Shown piece by piece: positions 50,902 to 61,837 of a DNA stretch of 64,000 nucleotides (the first letter of the stretch is position 1; every line of letters begins with the position of its first letter). Source of the DNA: Klebsormidium nitens (Eukaryota; Plantae; Klebsormidiophyceae); assembly GCA_000708835.1 (NCBI GenBank), contig DF236978.1, positions 248,001 through 312,000 of the forward strand, read 5' to 3'. The position numbers were made by a program, and so were the translations under genes. Below the pieces are notes generated by a model. The model did no database searches, was not told the DNA's origin, and worked only from the letters and a program-made list of their open reading frames with translations.

Positions 50902-53854
50902 ATGGCGCAAGCGTCGGCTGGAACGCTCCGGACCCAACTGCACCTAGCTCGGATAGAAGCAAAGCTCTCTAGAGATGAACGTCATAGTATCGATTATCAC
51001 CCAAGCAACGCCATCGGGCCTGCCTCACTGCAACTGAGCAGGTTTCTCTTAAACAATTGGAAGCGGAGAAACAGCGCAGAAGAGAGTGGTAGAGGTTTTG
51101 AGTGCCTACATGAAAGGAGTCGGCAATTACACGCTGGCAAGCTTGGGGGAATGGGTGGCAGGCCCACTATCGAGGCCGCGGCACAGCGAAGGAGGCAAGG
51201 GAAAAGGACAGCTGACAATGCTGGTGAGAAACAGCTTGCGGGAAGGCGGTTCGCGCGCCCTTGTAGTACACTCTTCCTGTAGACCCTGTATGTGCCGGGT
51301 GGGCCAAGTGTTGTGGCCTTGTTGTCAGCAATGCAGTGGAGTCGTGTGGCTCACTTGAGGATGTTGGGAAGTTCCTCCGGAAGAAGTTGGGGCGATAGTC
51401 GGGGTGCGATTGTGTACCAGTCCAATGCTGAAGATCCGTAACGTTCCTTGCTGTTCTCCGATGCGCAGCTGTCTGTCACTACCTTTCCAGGACCGCTCAC
51501 TCGCTTCCTACTCAGAGCATTGCCCTCACGTTTGCAAAACAACCATGGCAGCTTATGCATGAAGCCCGTGACTAAACGAGCACCTTCATTCAACTTACAG
51601 GCACCATTGCCTCTACCCCCCCATCTCCTGAACTGCTTCAACCATCCCCTTCCCCAACCACACCCCCAAACGAGACCCCCTTGGAACCGGAGCCGGAGGC
51701 TCCCCCGATCCCAAGTAGAGAGCAAGTTTTGAAGGCCTGTACAGTCACCAGTCTTGGCATCGGCGCTGCGGGGCTGGGGCTGCGGACGGCGTTCCATGTT
51801 GCAGCAACAGCGGGGTTGCCTGTGAATGATTGTAGCGGACTGCTGCCGGGTAAGGAGCTCATCATTATTGTGCAACTGAGATTTCCATGAAGGCATTGCA
51901 AATGATTGACTGGTTTCACTGGCAGGTCCTGAATTATGAAAGAGTTTTGAAGATTTACCATACACCAAGAGATATCTATGTTTCTAAATATTTGAAACGA
52001 ATGGTGCTCCTCTTCTACGGTCTCGTCTTGGTCCAGGCAGTAAGGTGGGCCGGTCGCCAAATTGCCACTGGGTTATGTCGCTCTGCTCGAAGGTTTGAGA
52101 CTGCCCTTTTTTTTTTGGTTGACTACTGTCTCCCAAGTAGTGCCTTACCAATCTTTGTCTTATTCGGTCTGATCTCTTATATTGGCTTCCCTTCGCAGTT
52201 GCATTCGACCTTCAAGACATTCTGCCAACCGTTGCCATCATTGGAGGCGTTTCCGCAGTGCGCTGGTTGCTTCTAGCAACATGGAAAGAGTTCAGGGAGT
52301 CCAGTGAGGCGTCAAACCGACAAGTGAGCTAGTGTGGCCTCCATTCCAGCAAGGATCCGTATGTGGCTTTCTTAAGAAACAGGCAAGGAGCAGCTCCCTG
52401 CTTGCATTCTAGCCTTTAATTTGACAAGTTGTACTCTCAACCGTAAGAATCAGATCAGGTATACCCCTCCTTCACCACCAGACTGCCATTAGTGGCCCGC
52501 ACTTCAGACTGCGGTCGTTAGGGGGGTTCCAATACAGGTATCAACAGTCTATCTGAACTTTGATGCCGTTGAAAAAATCAAGCAGTTGGGCAGCCACGTA
52601 CATTCAGATTCCGTACACATCGCTGTAAGTGGGCTCCTGCGACTGCTATTCTTTACATCTCTAAGATTGACCAGTGATCTCCAGAACCTTCAAGGCGTTA
52701 CATCCTAGCAGTAAGAGCAATGCCGAAGCTGGAAAGGGTGGGGAAAATATAAGCGAGACAACAAGAAGTCCGCAATCGGGAAATTGGGTCGAATCTGCTT
52801 CCGGTTCATTTTCGCATCCTTTTCAACTCCGCTCTGTACCTTTATATTTTCGACCTGTTCCAAGTCCACGTCCTCTTCCATGTAATGATGGAACACGTTG
52901 TTGGTCCTGATGCAGCTTCTTACCTCGCTAGAGCTGCCGGACGTCTTCTTACTCGGACTACTCCCGGGACTCAGTGAGGTACGTTCCCTAAACGGGCTTA
53001 CCTCTTCGTTTCCATTTTATCGGTTCAAGTGTGTCGGAAAGCTGTGCGGCTTATGAATCCGCGGTCTCTCGAGTCTCAATCGACAATCGACAAGCAAAAG
53101 GTCAAGATTAGCCGCCAGCGCCCTCTATGTGTTTGTGACCGGAATGTGTGGCACTCCCAGCTCAACGGAATGAAGCGAGCATCTTAGGCACCTCTCACAG
53201 ACTCCGACCTTTCTCACGATCAGTACTGGCCATCAAAGTTGGCCGTTGCATCGGCTGTCTCGATATTCGATCGGGAGAGTCGTGACCGAAATCTCCTCTC
53301 TCATGCGTAGGAGCTCCTCTTTCGAGGTTTTCTGGTGCCAGCAGTCTCCCCCGACTGGAAAGGCGCGGTTGTTGCCGGGGCCGTCTTCGGCGTTTTGCAC
53401 ATAAGCGGGGGTCGGAACGTGGCCTTTGGGGCTTGGTGAGAGACCAGTCCCTCGCTTCGACAAGCTTTGGCAATCGGTAGAAGCTTATCGGCTTTCCGTG
53501 CTCGTCGTAACTTTGGGTCCTATCGGATTCATGTTATTCGGATGCAACGGCAGGCATCTGTCGAATGGCGTTTTGTAAGCGCTGAACGTAACTTCTCCAT
53601 GACTAGTCTGTCCTGTTTGATTGGAGAAAAAAAGGTCATCTTCGTAAGCTAGATTTTGCGCAATCAGAATCGAGAGGGTTATGCAGACGGTCAGCCCGAA
53701 CTTCACATTTTGCAGGGCAAGTGCAGTCGGAGTTGTTTACGGCCTCGGGGCACTCAGCACACAGAACCTTGCCGTGCCAGTCGTGGCCCATATTTTGAAC
53801 AACATCGTAGCTGGCATTGCTTGGAAGCTACGGCACGCTCGACCTTCGCCTTGA
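50902..53854 (+). CDS. CPBP (CAAX protease / Abi, Rce1-like) intramembrane metalloprotease, probably plastid-targeted
   Basis: Exons 50902-51223, 51601-51849, 52199-52323, 52916-52978, 53311-53435, 53716-53854 are phase-consistent. Catalytic motifs EELLFRG, FGVLH and HILNN are intact; REQVLKACTVTS matches the plant subfamily. Confidence 0.9.
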
Positions 53855-54845
53855 TTGTCACCGATCAATCTCGAAAACTTAGTGGATAAAGCCCATGTAT
53901 AGATTGTTACCGAAAGGGGGTTACGATATCGAACATTGCGGTCAACCTCTGTCATCAGTATTGGGGCTCGGGTGGTTACGGTTGATCGGAAGTCTGGACT
54001 TGCGCGACTGTCAATAAGCGCAACAAGCGGGTCCGGGTTCAATTGGCCGTTGAGCCGTAGACCAATAAACGTAAGTGTGCGCAATGCACCGTGAGGATGC
54101 TGTCTGCGGCGCTGGCTTGCAGGCATTTGACTCACTCAGTATTTCATGACACAACGAAGTTTTGCGCAATCGTTCCAAGTATGACATCCTCTAGCCCGCT
54201 GTACATAATGTTGAACAAAGTATGTAAAACCGACCTCACAAATGATGCCGATCTCGCGGGTGTTGTACAAGAATGCAAACTCATACCGTTACACAAGATA
54301 CGCGGTCGAATGGTCGGGACTATCGTGATCATTGTTCAAGGACAGGATCGCCGGTGGCACGTGTCATGTGCTATACTGATTTGCATATGGTCATCTCGAC
54401 ATTAATTCTCCAAGTCTGCACCAAGTATTTGAGTATTGCGTGAACGCCATTGTTAACAAGTGTATGAGCTACGATGAGTCGGCCGACAAAACGAAGAATT
54501 GTGACGACAAGCATTCACAACAGATCCGATCCTTTCAGTTTGAGTTCCGACCATCAAACGTCTTATGAGTCTGGACTAGACATCCGGATATTAAGTCGAG
54601 GGTCATGACTCAAACGCCTGAGCACTCGCACGTACGGTCGTACAATTCTCAGGCAGCTGAAGTCAATGTTACTCTAGCTCAGTGAGTGGTCGATCATGAA
54701 CAGAGTATTGTCTCAATCAAAAGAGGACGATCAGAAACCTTTGAACTTCGAAATAGGATTCCGAGCTGCAGTGTACTATAGCGTGCGGCTAGCCAAGCTG
54801 CCCAGCAGTCTGCCTGAGCGAGCTAAGAATCGACATGCCCCAGAT

Positions 54846-57107
54846 TCACGGTACGTGCTTATCCTTTGCATGCTCAGGCTTAGCGATCACAGAATCTAGC
54901 AATTCATTTTCTGTCTGGCTGCTATTTTCGTAGTCCTCGAACTGTTCCCTGATCAGCCAGTCTAGGTATGCCGGCATGAACGCCACAGCAAACATCAAGC
55001 CGACCATACAGGCCCCGTAAGTTGTGCCTGCGCCTGGACTAGTGGCGTACCCTGCTTGCCCCACGTTCTGCAACGCGATCTGGACCAGGAACAGCAGCAC
55101 CATGACCTTCGGGTAGAAGGGACTCTGAAAGAATCTCGAAGGAGACGCGAGGAGGTATGATGTGGCTCGAATCATGCTGAAAACGCCTACGAGGGTCAGC
55201 ACGCAGCCAGCCGAGATGCCTGAGCCGCTCACGGCAACGAAGAATGGCCCTGCCGGAGGGGACACCGGCTGCATTATATGAAAGAGGAGAAGAATCAGTT
55301 TGAAATGTCCTTCTTGTCAAATCCTCCATCTTCAAGAAATGAGACTTCCTGAAGAGGTCATTGTCCTCAGGTCCTTTCAATGATACTGGTACATAGGTCC
55401 TGAAGGTCGAAGCACTGGATATTGCATTGAGAAACGCAGGGAGCAGTGCTCGCAGTCAAGAACTCCGGAAAGACGTCTGGAGGTCACTTGGTTTCAGTCT
55501 CGTCACAAAAATGGTTGGCCCACTTCAAAACCAATGCAGAAGCTCAAAGAGCTCCTATGCTTGCTATCCACTCTCTGAAAGCGTTGATTGAGCGGTAAGT
55601 ACTTACCTCCCGATAGCGGCTACCTCCTCGTGCAGAACAGACGATGATGTTTAGCAGAAGCTGTGAGGCCCCAATCAGGAACAAGAAGAGACTCCAGAGC
55701 AGCATGTACAGGGGCGCCACAACGGGCGAAGCTGTCCCACTGTCAACGTTCGCTTGTAGACGGAAGACCTTCTGTGAGAAGAAGATCTGGGACCACTGCA
55801 GAGCTGCGTTGTAGCTGACCCCTCCAGTTATCTCCTGCACGTAGATGAATTGAGTTATAGATCTGCCTGGAGCATATATTAGTATGCGAAATGAACAGCT
55901 ATGAATTCTTTATGAGACATTTTGTCGCTTCAACATCGCCAAATCATGCACGCCTAAAGATTCTTCGACGAATCAGAAGAGCTTGTGGGACAGTGACTTA
56001 CCAGGACTGTAACGATCAAAGATGTACGAGCTGATAGTCCTGCATAAATGCTACCCTCTATGGTTGCTTCGAGGAACACCGGATATGCGACAATCTGCAC
56101 TTTTGTAACACTTCAGTCAAAATAATTCGAGTACAACGGCAAAGCTTGAGCAGCAGAAATGTCATAACGACTATGAAGCAATCTTTCTTGACAGTCCAGA
56201 ATGTGCATTGGTTCTGTGATCGGATAGAGGCACTTGAATGAAAGATTGTCCACGTGTTAAATCAGCATCAGATCTCGAGCTACAGATCTGTCGTTAGACC
56301 TATACTGGCGTCAGATCTATAGAACATTACGAACAGGCTATTACCACAAAATCAAGCAACAAGGTGGATATGGGATGGATATTGAGATCTCACCCACACG
56401 GGCCAGCTCAACGTTGTGACGATTGCGACAATTATGTTTACAAGGCTGAAGGTCTTCTGCGCTCGTGATCCATCCAAGCCAGCTTGTGACTTGTTGCTTG
56501 GCAAGGGTAACAGAAGCTTCAATCCGCATCCAAGGCCTAGAAGCGCTGAGAGGCATTGCAAGGTCCCTGCCTGCACAGCCGGTCATCACTAAATTTAAAC
56601 GCATTCTATTTGAAAGAAGAAGATGTGCACGGTCAGCTAAAAGCTTCAACTTCCTTTTGCAGCTTCAGTTTATCGTCAACATGGAGTTTGAAGAAGGAAG
56701 AAAGCAAGGTGTAAGTTCTTCCAGAGCAGTGTAGCTTTCAACGACATCAAGCAGGACCTACATACAGCAGATAACCTTGCATTCAAAGCCGCCGATCTGA
56801 CTGGAACAGATGAAAGCTGGCTCTTCAAGACAAAGTAAATGACGTTTTTGACTTACCAGTAGTAAGTATCCGAGTGGGAACAAGCCAGACCTTCCACTCC
56901 ATTGCGCCGACGAAGGCCAAGGAATTGATGAGACGGCGTTTATCCTTGTGATTCCCTCCACGAGCAACAGAACTGAGAATAGAGAAAGTAGACCACCAAA
57001 ATGTGCTTGCTTCGTCAACGTTGCTGTATCAAGAAGTCTACTCTCGGACGCCACGGCTCGTCTGATTCGACATCGGTCGCCGCATTGCCTTGAGTTGGAG
57101 GCGCCAT
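54846..57107 (-). CDS. Orphan multi-pass membrane protein (~8 hydrophobic helices, >=372 aa); N-terminus unresolved
   Basis: Exons ~57054-56857, 56570-56394, 56094-56002, 55834-55607, 55268-54846 are joined by phase-0 GT-AG introns with no internal stops, giving about eight hydrophobic segments. The nearest ATG (57107, MAPPTQG...) is out of frame with the first modelled exon. Confidence 0.75.
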
Positions 57108-59579
57108 TATGCCTTCTTAACGTTGTCTCCAGCCTCAGCGTTCAAACAAAGAACGGAAACGAGAGCCGAACTTGGCCATCATTGGCCATCAATTGCGTGC
57201 ATAGATCCCCTAAAATCTTTCTCCACAAGATCAAAAACGGCCCTTGAATCGTAGTTGCTTCCAGAGCTTTGCTGATTGCTGTTTAAGAAAGTTCATCCCT
57301 TTGCTGAAACGTTGTACTTTCCTCTGTGCACATATCTCAAGCTTAAGATCGGAGACGCGGAGCTGCGGATGCGCAATCTGGTGCCAAGCCAAGTGTTTCT
57401 CCTCCCTGATCAGGAGCGCCTGAGCATCAATGCAGAGCCAGACTTGTAGCTCAATTCCTCATATCCTTAGGAAAGATGCTTGTGATCAGCTTCGTTCAAT
57501 CTTTATTTGAAAGTACTGGCGGGAGATGACGGGATTGGCGCTCCTTCGGGCGTCTGAAATGCACCGGCTAGACTCGCTCTTCTAGTTGCGTCCGAATCGG
57601 GCTCGGGCAGTGGTCCGGGCGTACGTACGACTTGTCGGACAGCTCGATGACGCAATCCGGTTACACTTGTCTGCACCAGGAGCATACTAAGAGCTAGAGT
57701 CCTGCTAATATGTCAGAAGCAAGAGCTGGAAGCCTGACCCCAAATGATCTGCTGCCATCGAAGCTTCGAATTTGTCCTCTGTTGATAATATTTCAGTCAT
57801 ATTACAACAATGATGTTCACATTCCATATGTTGAAACATGCATGTAACGTGAGGGCCTATTTAAGCTGTCAGCAACGTATCTGTCGTCATGCTCGAAATA
57901 CGTCTCTCCAGGCAAGATGACGTCAGCGATTCCACAGTCAGTTCGTGAAGTCGCTGATGACTGCTACGTATACATACTGTCACAGTCAGTCAGCTGTCCA
58001 ATTTTTGAACACAGTTTGCAACTCCCCCAGCATTCAAGACATCAAGATCGAAGCAAACTGCTCCAGCAATCGCCTGCGGATTTAACCGCTTGCGAAAGGA
58101 ATGGACAAGCGACGGGTTTTCTTGGTTCCTGGGAATCAACTACGGTGACCCACATCCTATCTGATAAGGCCTCCGTTTTCTGCGGCAGATTTGTGAGTTG
58201 ATGGATCAGTGGTTTTTCCACCCAGCCGATGTCTGCAAGGTGAGGGCTGAGAATTTGTGTGGATCAGTGTCCGAAGTTGACTGGGGCCAGATCCTAATAA
58301 CTCACGTGCGAAACTCTGAGATCACACTGGAAACTTAGCAACTTCAGGACGTATGTCTCTGTCGAACAGCGGATTGCCAAGTGTCATCATAAGCCGGCCG
58401 CGCCGCAGACCATTATTGGGCCTGAAAGCTAATAGGCCAGTCAGTCTGTGGGAGGCCCACAATACTGAAACGCGGCCTCCTGATGTATCCGAACCAAGGT
58501 GAGAAGCTTCAGTCTGCATACCTCAAACCGCAAATCTGCTTTGAAGGTATCAGAATACTTCAGGTCTGGATTTATCTGGCAATCTTTTTCTTTCTGTCAG
58601 CCGTCAGTGTCTTTCATATCTAATATATATAGATCCGGCGCACTGAAAGTCTGCTGTTCGTACGCGTCCGACACCTAGTAGTCTGCTTCAATACCATCCA
58701 AAGGGCATCACCCTTTGTTCTAATCTCACACGCGACGCTGTGCTTTCGAGACCATTTCGAACTCTAATTGGAGGCCCACATGACGTGTTGGCAGTACTAC
58801 GTGACATTCGCAAATGAGATGCTCAAACTGGGTCGAGAAATGACGGTATACATACGGAAGCTGGCCGGCTGGCGGGCTGGCGACGACTCAAGACGGTGCA
58901 AGCGGACGGCCGGTACGAACGTGCAGACACGAGAGAAGAGATATCTATGGATGAATAGATTGCGAAGACGAGGAACGAACTCAGAGGCCGCTTGAACGTC
59001 TGGTTTGTTGGCGTCAAGGGAGCAGAAAGGTACTGCCGGGCCACCTTGACATCAACTAGGACTGGCAACCCGTTGGCAATATTTTAATTTTTAAGCTGCA
59101 AGGAGTACGACGTATCACACGAAATTTTCAATGCAACGGAGGCACATGACTAGGATGTTCATCTCACTCTTTCTAGACGTTTCGCGTGACCTCTTCAGTT
59201 GACGAATATGGGGCGTGTTAGAGTTCGTGCGTCTGTGACGCCTGTGTGACGTCTGTGACGCACGATTTTCTGTTCGAACAGAAAGATTCAGAAATTGGCC
59301 GGCAGCTTTGCTACACGGCAAACTGCGGATTTGCGCTCGGGGTAGATGATCACAGTGCTCGGCCAAACATGTGGCCGTGGAAGCTTGGCGCCCATATAGT
59401 GTAATACGTGCTTTCCGCCAAATTAGCTCTTCAATCGAATGGCTCAATCGGCGGCCTGTTGACAACATCAACCGGCGGCTTCCAGCTCGAGCTCCCTTGT
59501 GGCTTGCAATTGAAACTCGTTCTGTTGCGGAAGAAAGTCTCTGCACACCATCATCACAACATGACCTCAGCAGGCAGCG

Positions 59580-59700
59580 CCGCACGTGTCCTGCCGGCCG
59601 CGGCCGGGCGCCGCGCGCCCGAATTGAATGCGGCCCGGCGATCGGACGGTCCCATCTCCGACCGTACAACCACCAATCGGTCCAATGATTGGCGGGGATG
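59580..59700 (+). promoter_or_regulatory. Putative Pol II promoter of the GNAT gene: ABRE/G-box, GC-rich block, CCAAT boxes
   Basis: CACGTGTC at 59583-59590, GC-rich GCCGGCCGCGGCCGGGCGCCGCGCGCCC, and ACCAATCGG plus palindromic CCAATGATTGG at ~59673-59693. Motif match only. Confidence 0.4.
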
Positions 59701-60272
59701 ATTGACGAACTGGATTCCCCGGGTCCGGTTTGTGAACAATTTGCCGCTCCGCGTGGTGACCGGTAGACGTCCCTCGGATGCTTCAGCGATGATAGCGGAT
59801 CAAATGATTCCAGTATCGGACCTGCGGTCGTCATCTCGTCACCATCTGGACTCAGGTAAGATGGAATGTTGCAATGCGGTGACATCGACTACCTTATGTC
59901 GGCCTCCTCTCCCTTGAGTACACCGTGACCGAGAACCTGCAGAAATTCGCTCTGGGTGAGCTCTGGGGCAGCTTTTCAGCTTTCTTGGCGCGCTGCCCTT
60001 TCCAGGATAAGAAGGTCGCTTTTCTGGAATACAGGCCGCTTGGCAACTGGTGGTCCTTCAAGGTCAATAGCAACATCAGTGCAAGACAGATTGGGTTGGT
60101 TCACAACAGTGATTGCGACAGCTCTGTGAGCAACGACACCGATTCTTTCGCTTATCAGTGTAATAAAATGCTGCAGCTTCCCTCCTTGCCTCAGTGTTGC
60201 TCTCAATACAAGCACCTGTACAAAAGCTGCTGAGATCTAACTGCAAGGAAGCTCCCTTGTAACATATTGTAG

Positions 60273-61004
60273 ATGTTGCCGAGTAAGCGTTTGTCAGAAC
60301 AAAAAATGGACCGCTACAATGTCAAGATCTTGTCCGACGGCCCTGATCTAGATGCTGCGCTGGCACTGCTGTATAACGTGTACGTCAAGGAGATGAAATG
60401 GAAACCAGACCCACGCAACCCTGCGCGCATCAGAATCGACGGCAATCGGTTGGTTGACTCTAGGGATCAGTTTGCCACCTACTTTGGGCTCTTTGAAGGC
60501 GGCGAGCTTGCCGCGTGCTGCCGGATCTGCGCTCCATGGAATGGACGGTTTGAAGTGCAGTGCTACAACGTGGCAGCGGACTTGTCGATCCTTGACAACA
60601 TGGAGAATCTTGTGGAGCTCAACAGGCTGGCCGTGCGCAGAGTGTCAAGGGGGCGCGGGTGCATTCTCAGGCTCCTCATTGGGGTGGCGACATACTGCAG
60701 GGACAGGGGCCTCATGATTGTGGGCGGGCCGGCATCCCCGGTTGTTATCCATATTTTGAAGAAGATTCAGTGGCCCGTCGTGGAAGGCTGCACCTTCAAG
60801 TATGAGAGCAAGGACCCTTTTGTTTGCCAGCTCTTCCTTGTGACGAGCGCGGATCAGATAAATAGGTCCATAGCCATCGCGTCTCAATTGGTAGCGGAGA
60901 AAGAGGCTCGAACGAGAACGAGGGGTTTTGCAAGCGCACGGACCGTTCTGCAGAAGTTTTGGTGGAACATCATGGTACTGATAAGTACGTGGTATAAGAG
61001 CTAG
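60273..61004 (+). CDS. GNAT-fold LuxI/FeeM-like acyltransferase (acyl-homoserine-lactone / N-acyl amino acid synthase superfamily), intronless CDS, 232-243 aa
   Basis: Single ORF with the spacing of autoinducer-synthase motifs: LLYNVYVKEMKW (cf. LRYxVFxxxLGW), LVDSRD (cf. ExDxxD), TYFGLFEGGELAACCRI (cf. GCxRL), LVELNRLAV (cf. WELSRFAV), then LRLLIGVATYCRDRG. The ATG at 60306 has the better context (AAAAAATGG). Confidence 0.8.
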   Translation: MLPSKRLSEQKMDRYNVKILSDGPDLDAALALLYNVYVKEMKWKPDPRNPARIRIDGNRLVDSRDQFATYFGLFEGGELAACCRICAPWNGRFEVQCYNVAADLSILDNMENLVELNRLAVRRVSRGRGCILRLLIGVATYCRDRGLMIVGGPASPVVIHILKKIQWPVVEGCTFKYESKDPFVCQLFLVTSADQINRSIAIASQLVAEKEARTRTRGFASARTVLQKFWWNIMVLISTWYKS

Positions 61005-61289
61005 ATGAGGTCGATTCGCAAGATCATTGACAAGGCAGCCAGATCGCAATTGGACCAAAACAAATGGGTTCCGTCAGACCTTTGGCACTGGGCCTGTGAT
61101 TGAAGCTAGAGGTCTAGAGGTGCTGAGTCAGATTTTGACTGGCTTTTACGAACTTGGAAGACAATAAATCTCTGTACCATCGATATACAACAAGTGACCA
61201 TCTATATACAAATCCAGAATATGATCATTAAGCTGTTCCAATTGGGCAATTTACTATGAAGCTACTGGATCGTCCTCGAGTTGCGTACA

Positions 61290-61620
61290 CGACCAATGAA
61301 CAGCGATATAATCAAGTGCGGCCTTATAGGCGTCCGACAGTACCACATGGTGCCGGCCGGGGCACATTGTACTAAGTATGTCACCTATGTTCAGCTACCA
61401 CTGTGACAGCTTATATGCCGCGCGACCGACTCTGTGTAGGCTTCGCTATGAATCGATACAATATCCACACGGGGGCACATACACCCGGCCGCGCGCGGCT
61501 GCATCTAGCTGCGTAATTAAGTATGCAAATTATAACACGCATTCTGTACGGACCGTGTATTTAGCCCGAGACCGGGGCCCACGCCTTATAGGCATCGTTA
61601 ACTAATAATGATGAGTCCAC
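61290..61620. other. Intergenic RY-alternating island between convergent 3' ends (GNAT / PAT10)
   Basis: Hand count over 61441-61560: 39/119 RR+YY steps (33%). CCGGCCGG at 61353-61360. Confidence 0.65.
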
Positions 61621-61837
61621 GGTGAATGGAAGTGCATAGCCATGCCTACTGTTGATCCAATTGAACGATCGGAAGTCATGATTCCAGAGCCGTCTGACCT
61701 TTGGAGAAAGGAGACAACACCCTTCAGATCCGGAAATAGGCATCCAGGTAGATCCGTGTTTTTTCGCTTGCTTCTTGTTTGTCTATATGCGGGCTATGAT
61801 TAAGTATGTGGTGGTAATGTTACAAAGGCGGCCTTAG

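Noticed and set aside
53233-53463. Minus-strand ORF that looked gag-like
   Set aside because: It is the antisense shadow of CPBP exon 5.
59115-59885. 256-aa minus-strand ORF
   Set aside because: It overlaps the GC-rich promoter/UTR of the GNAT gene, is R/S/A-rich with no domain-like pattern, and is probably a chance ORF.
59925-60233. 102-aa ORF upstream of the GNAT gene, considered as an AMP-binding/acyl-ligase N-terminus
   Set aside because: No adenylation motif is present, and it lies inside the predicted 5' intron 59856-60272. It cannot be fully excluded without transcripts.
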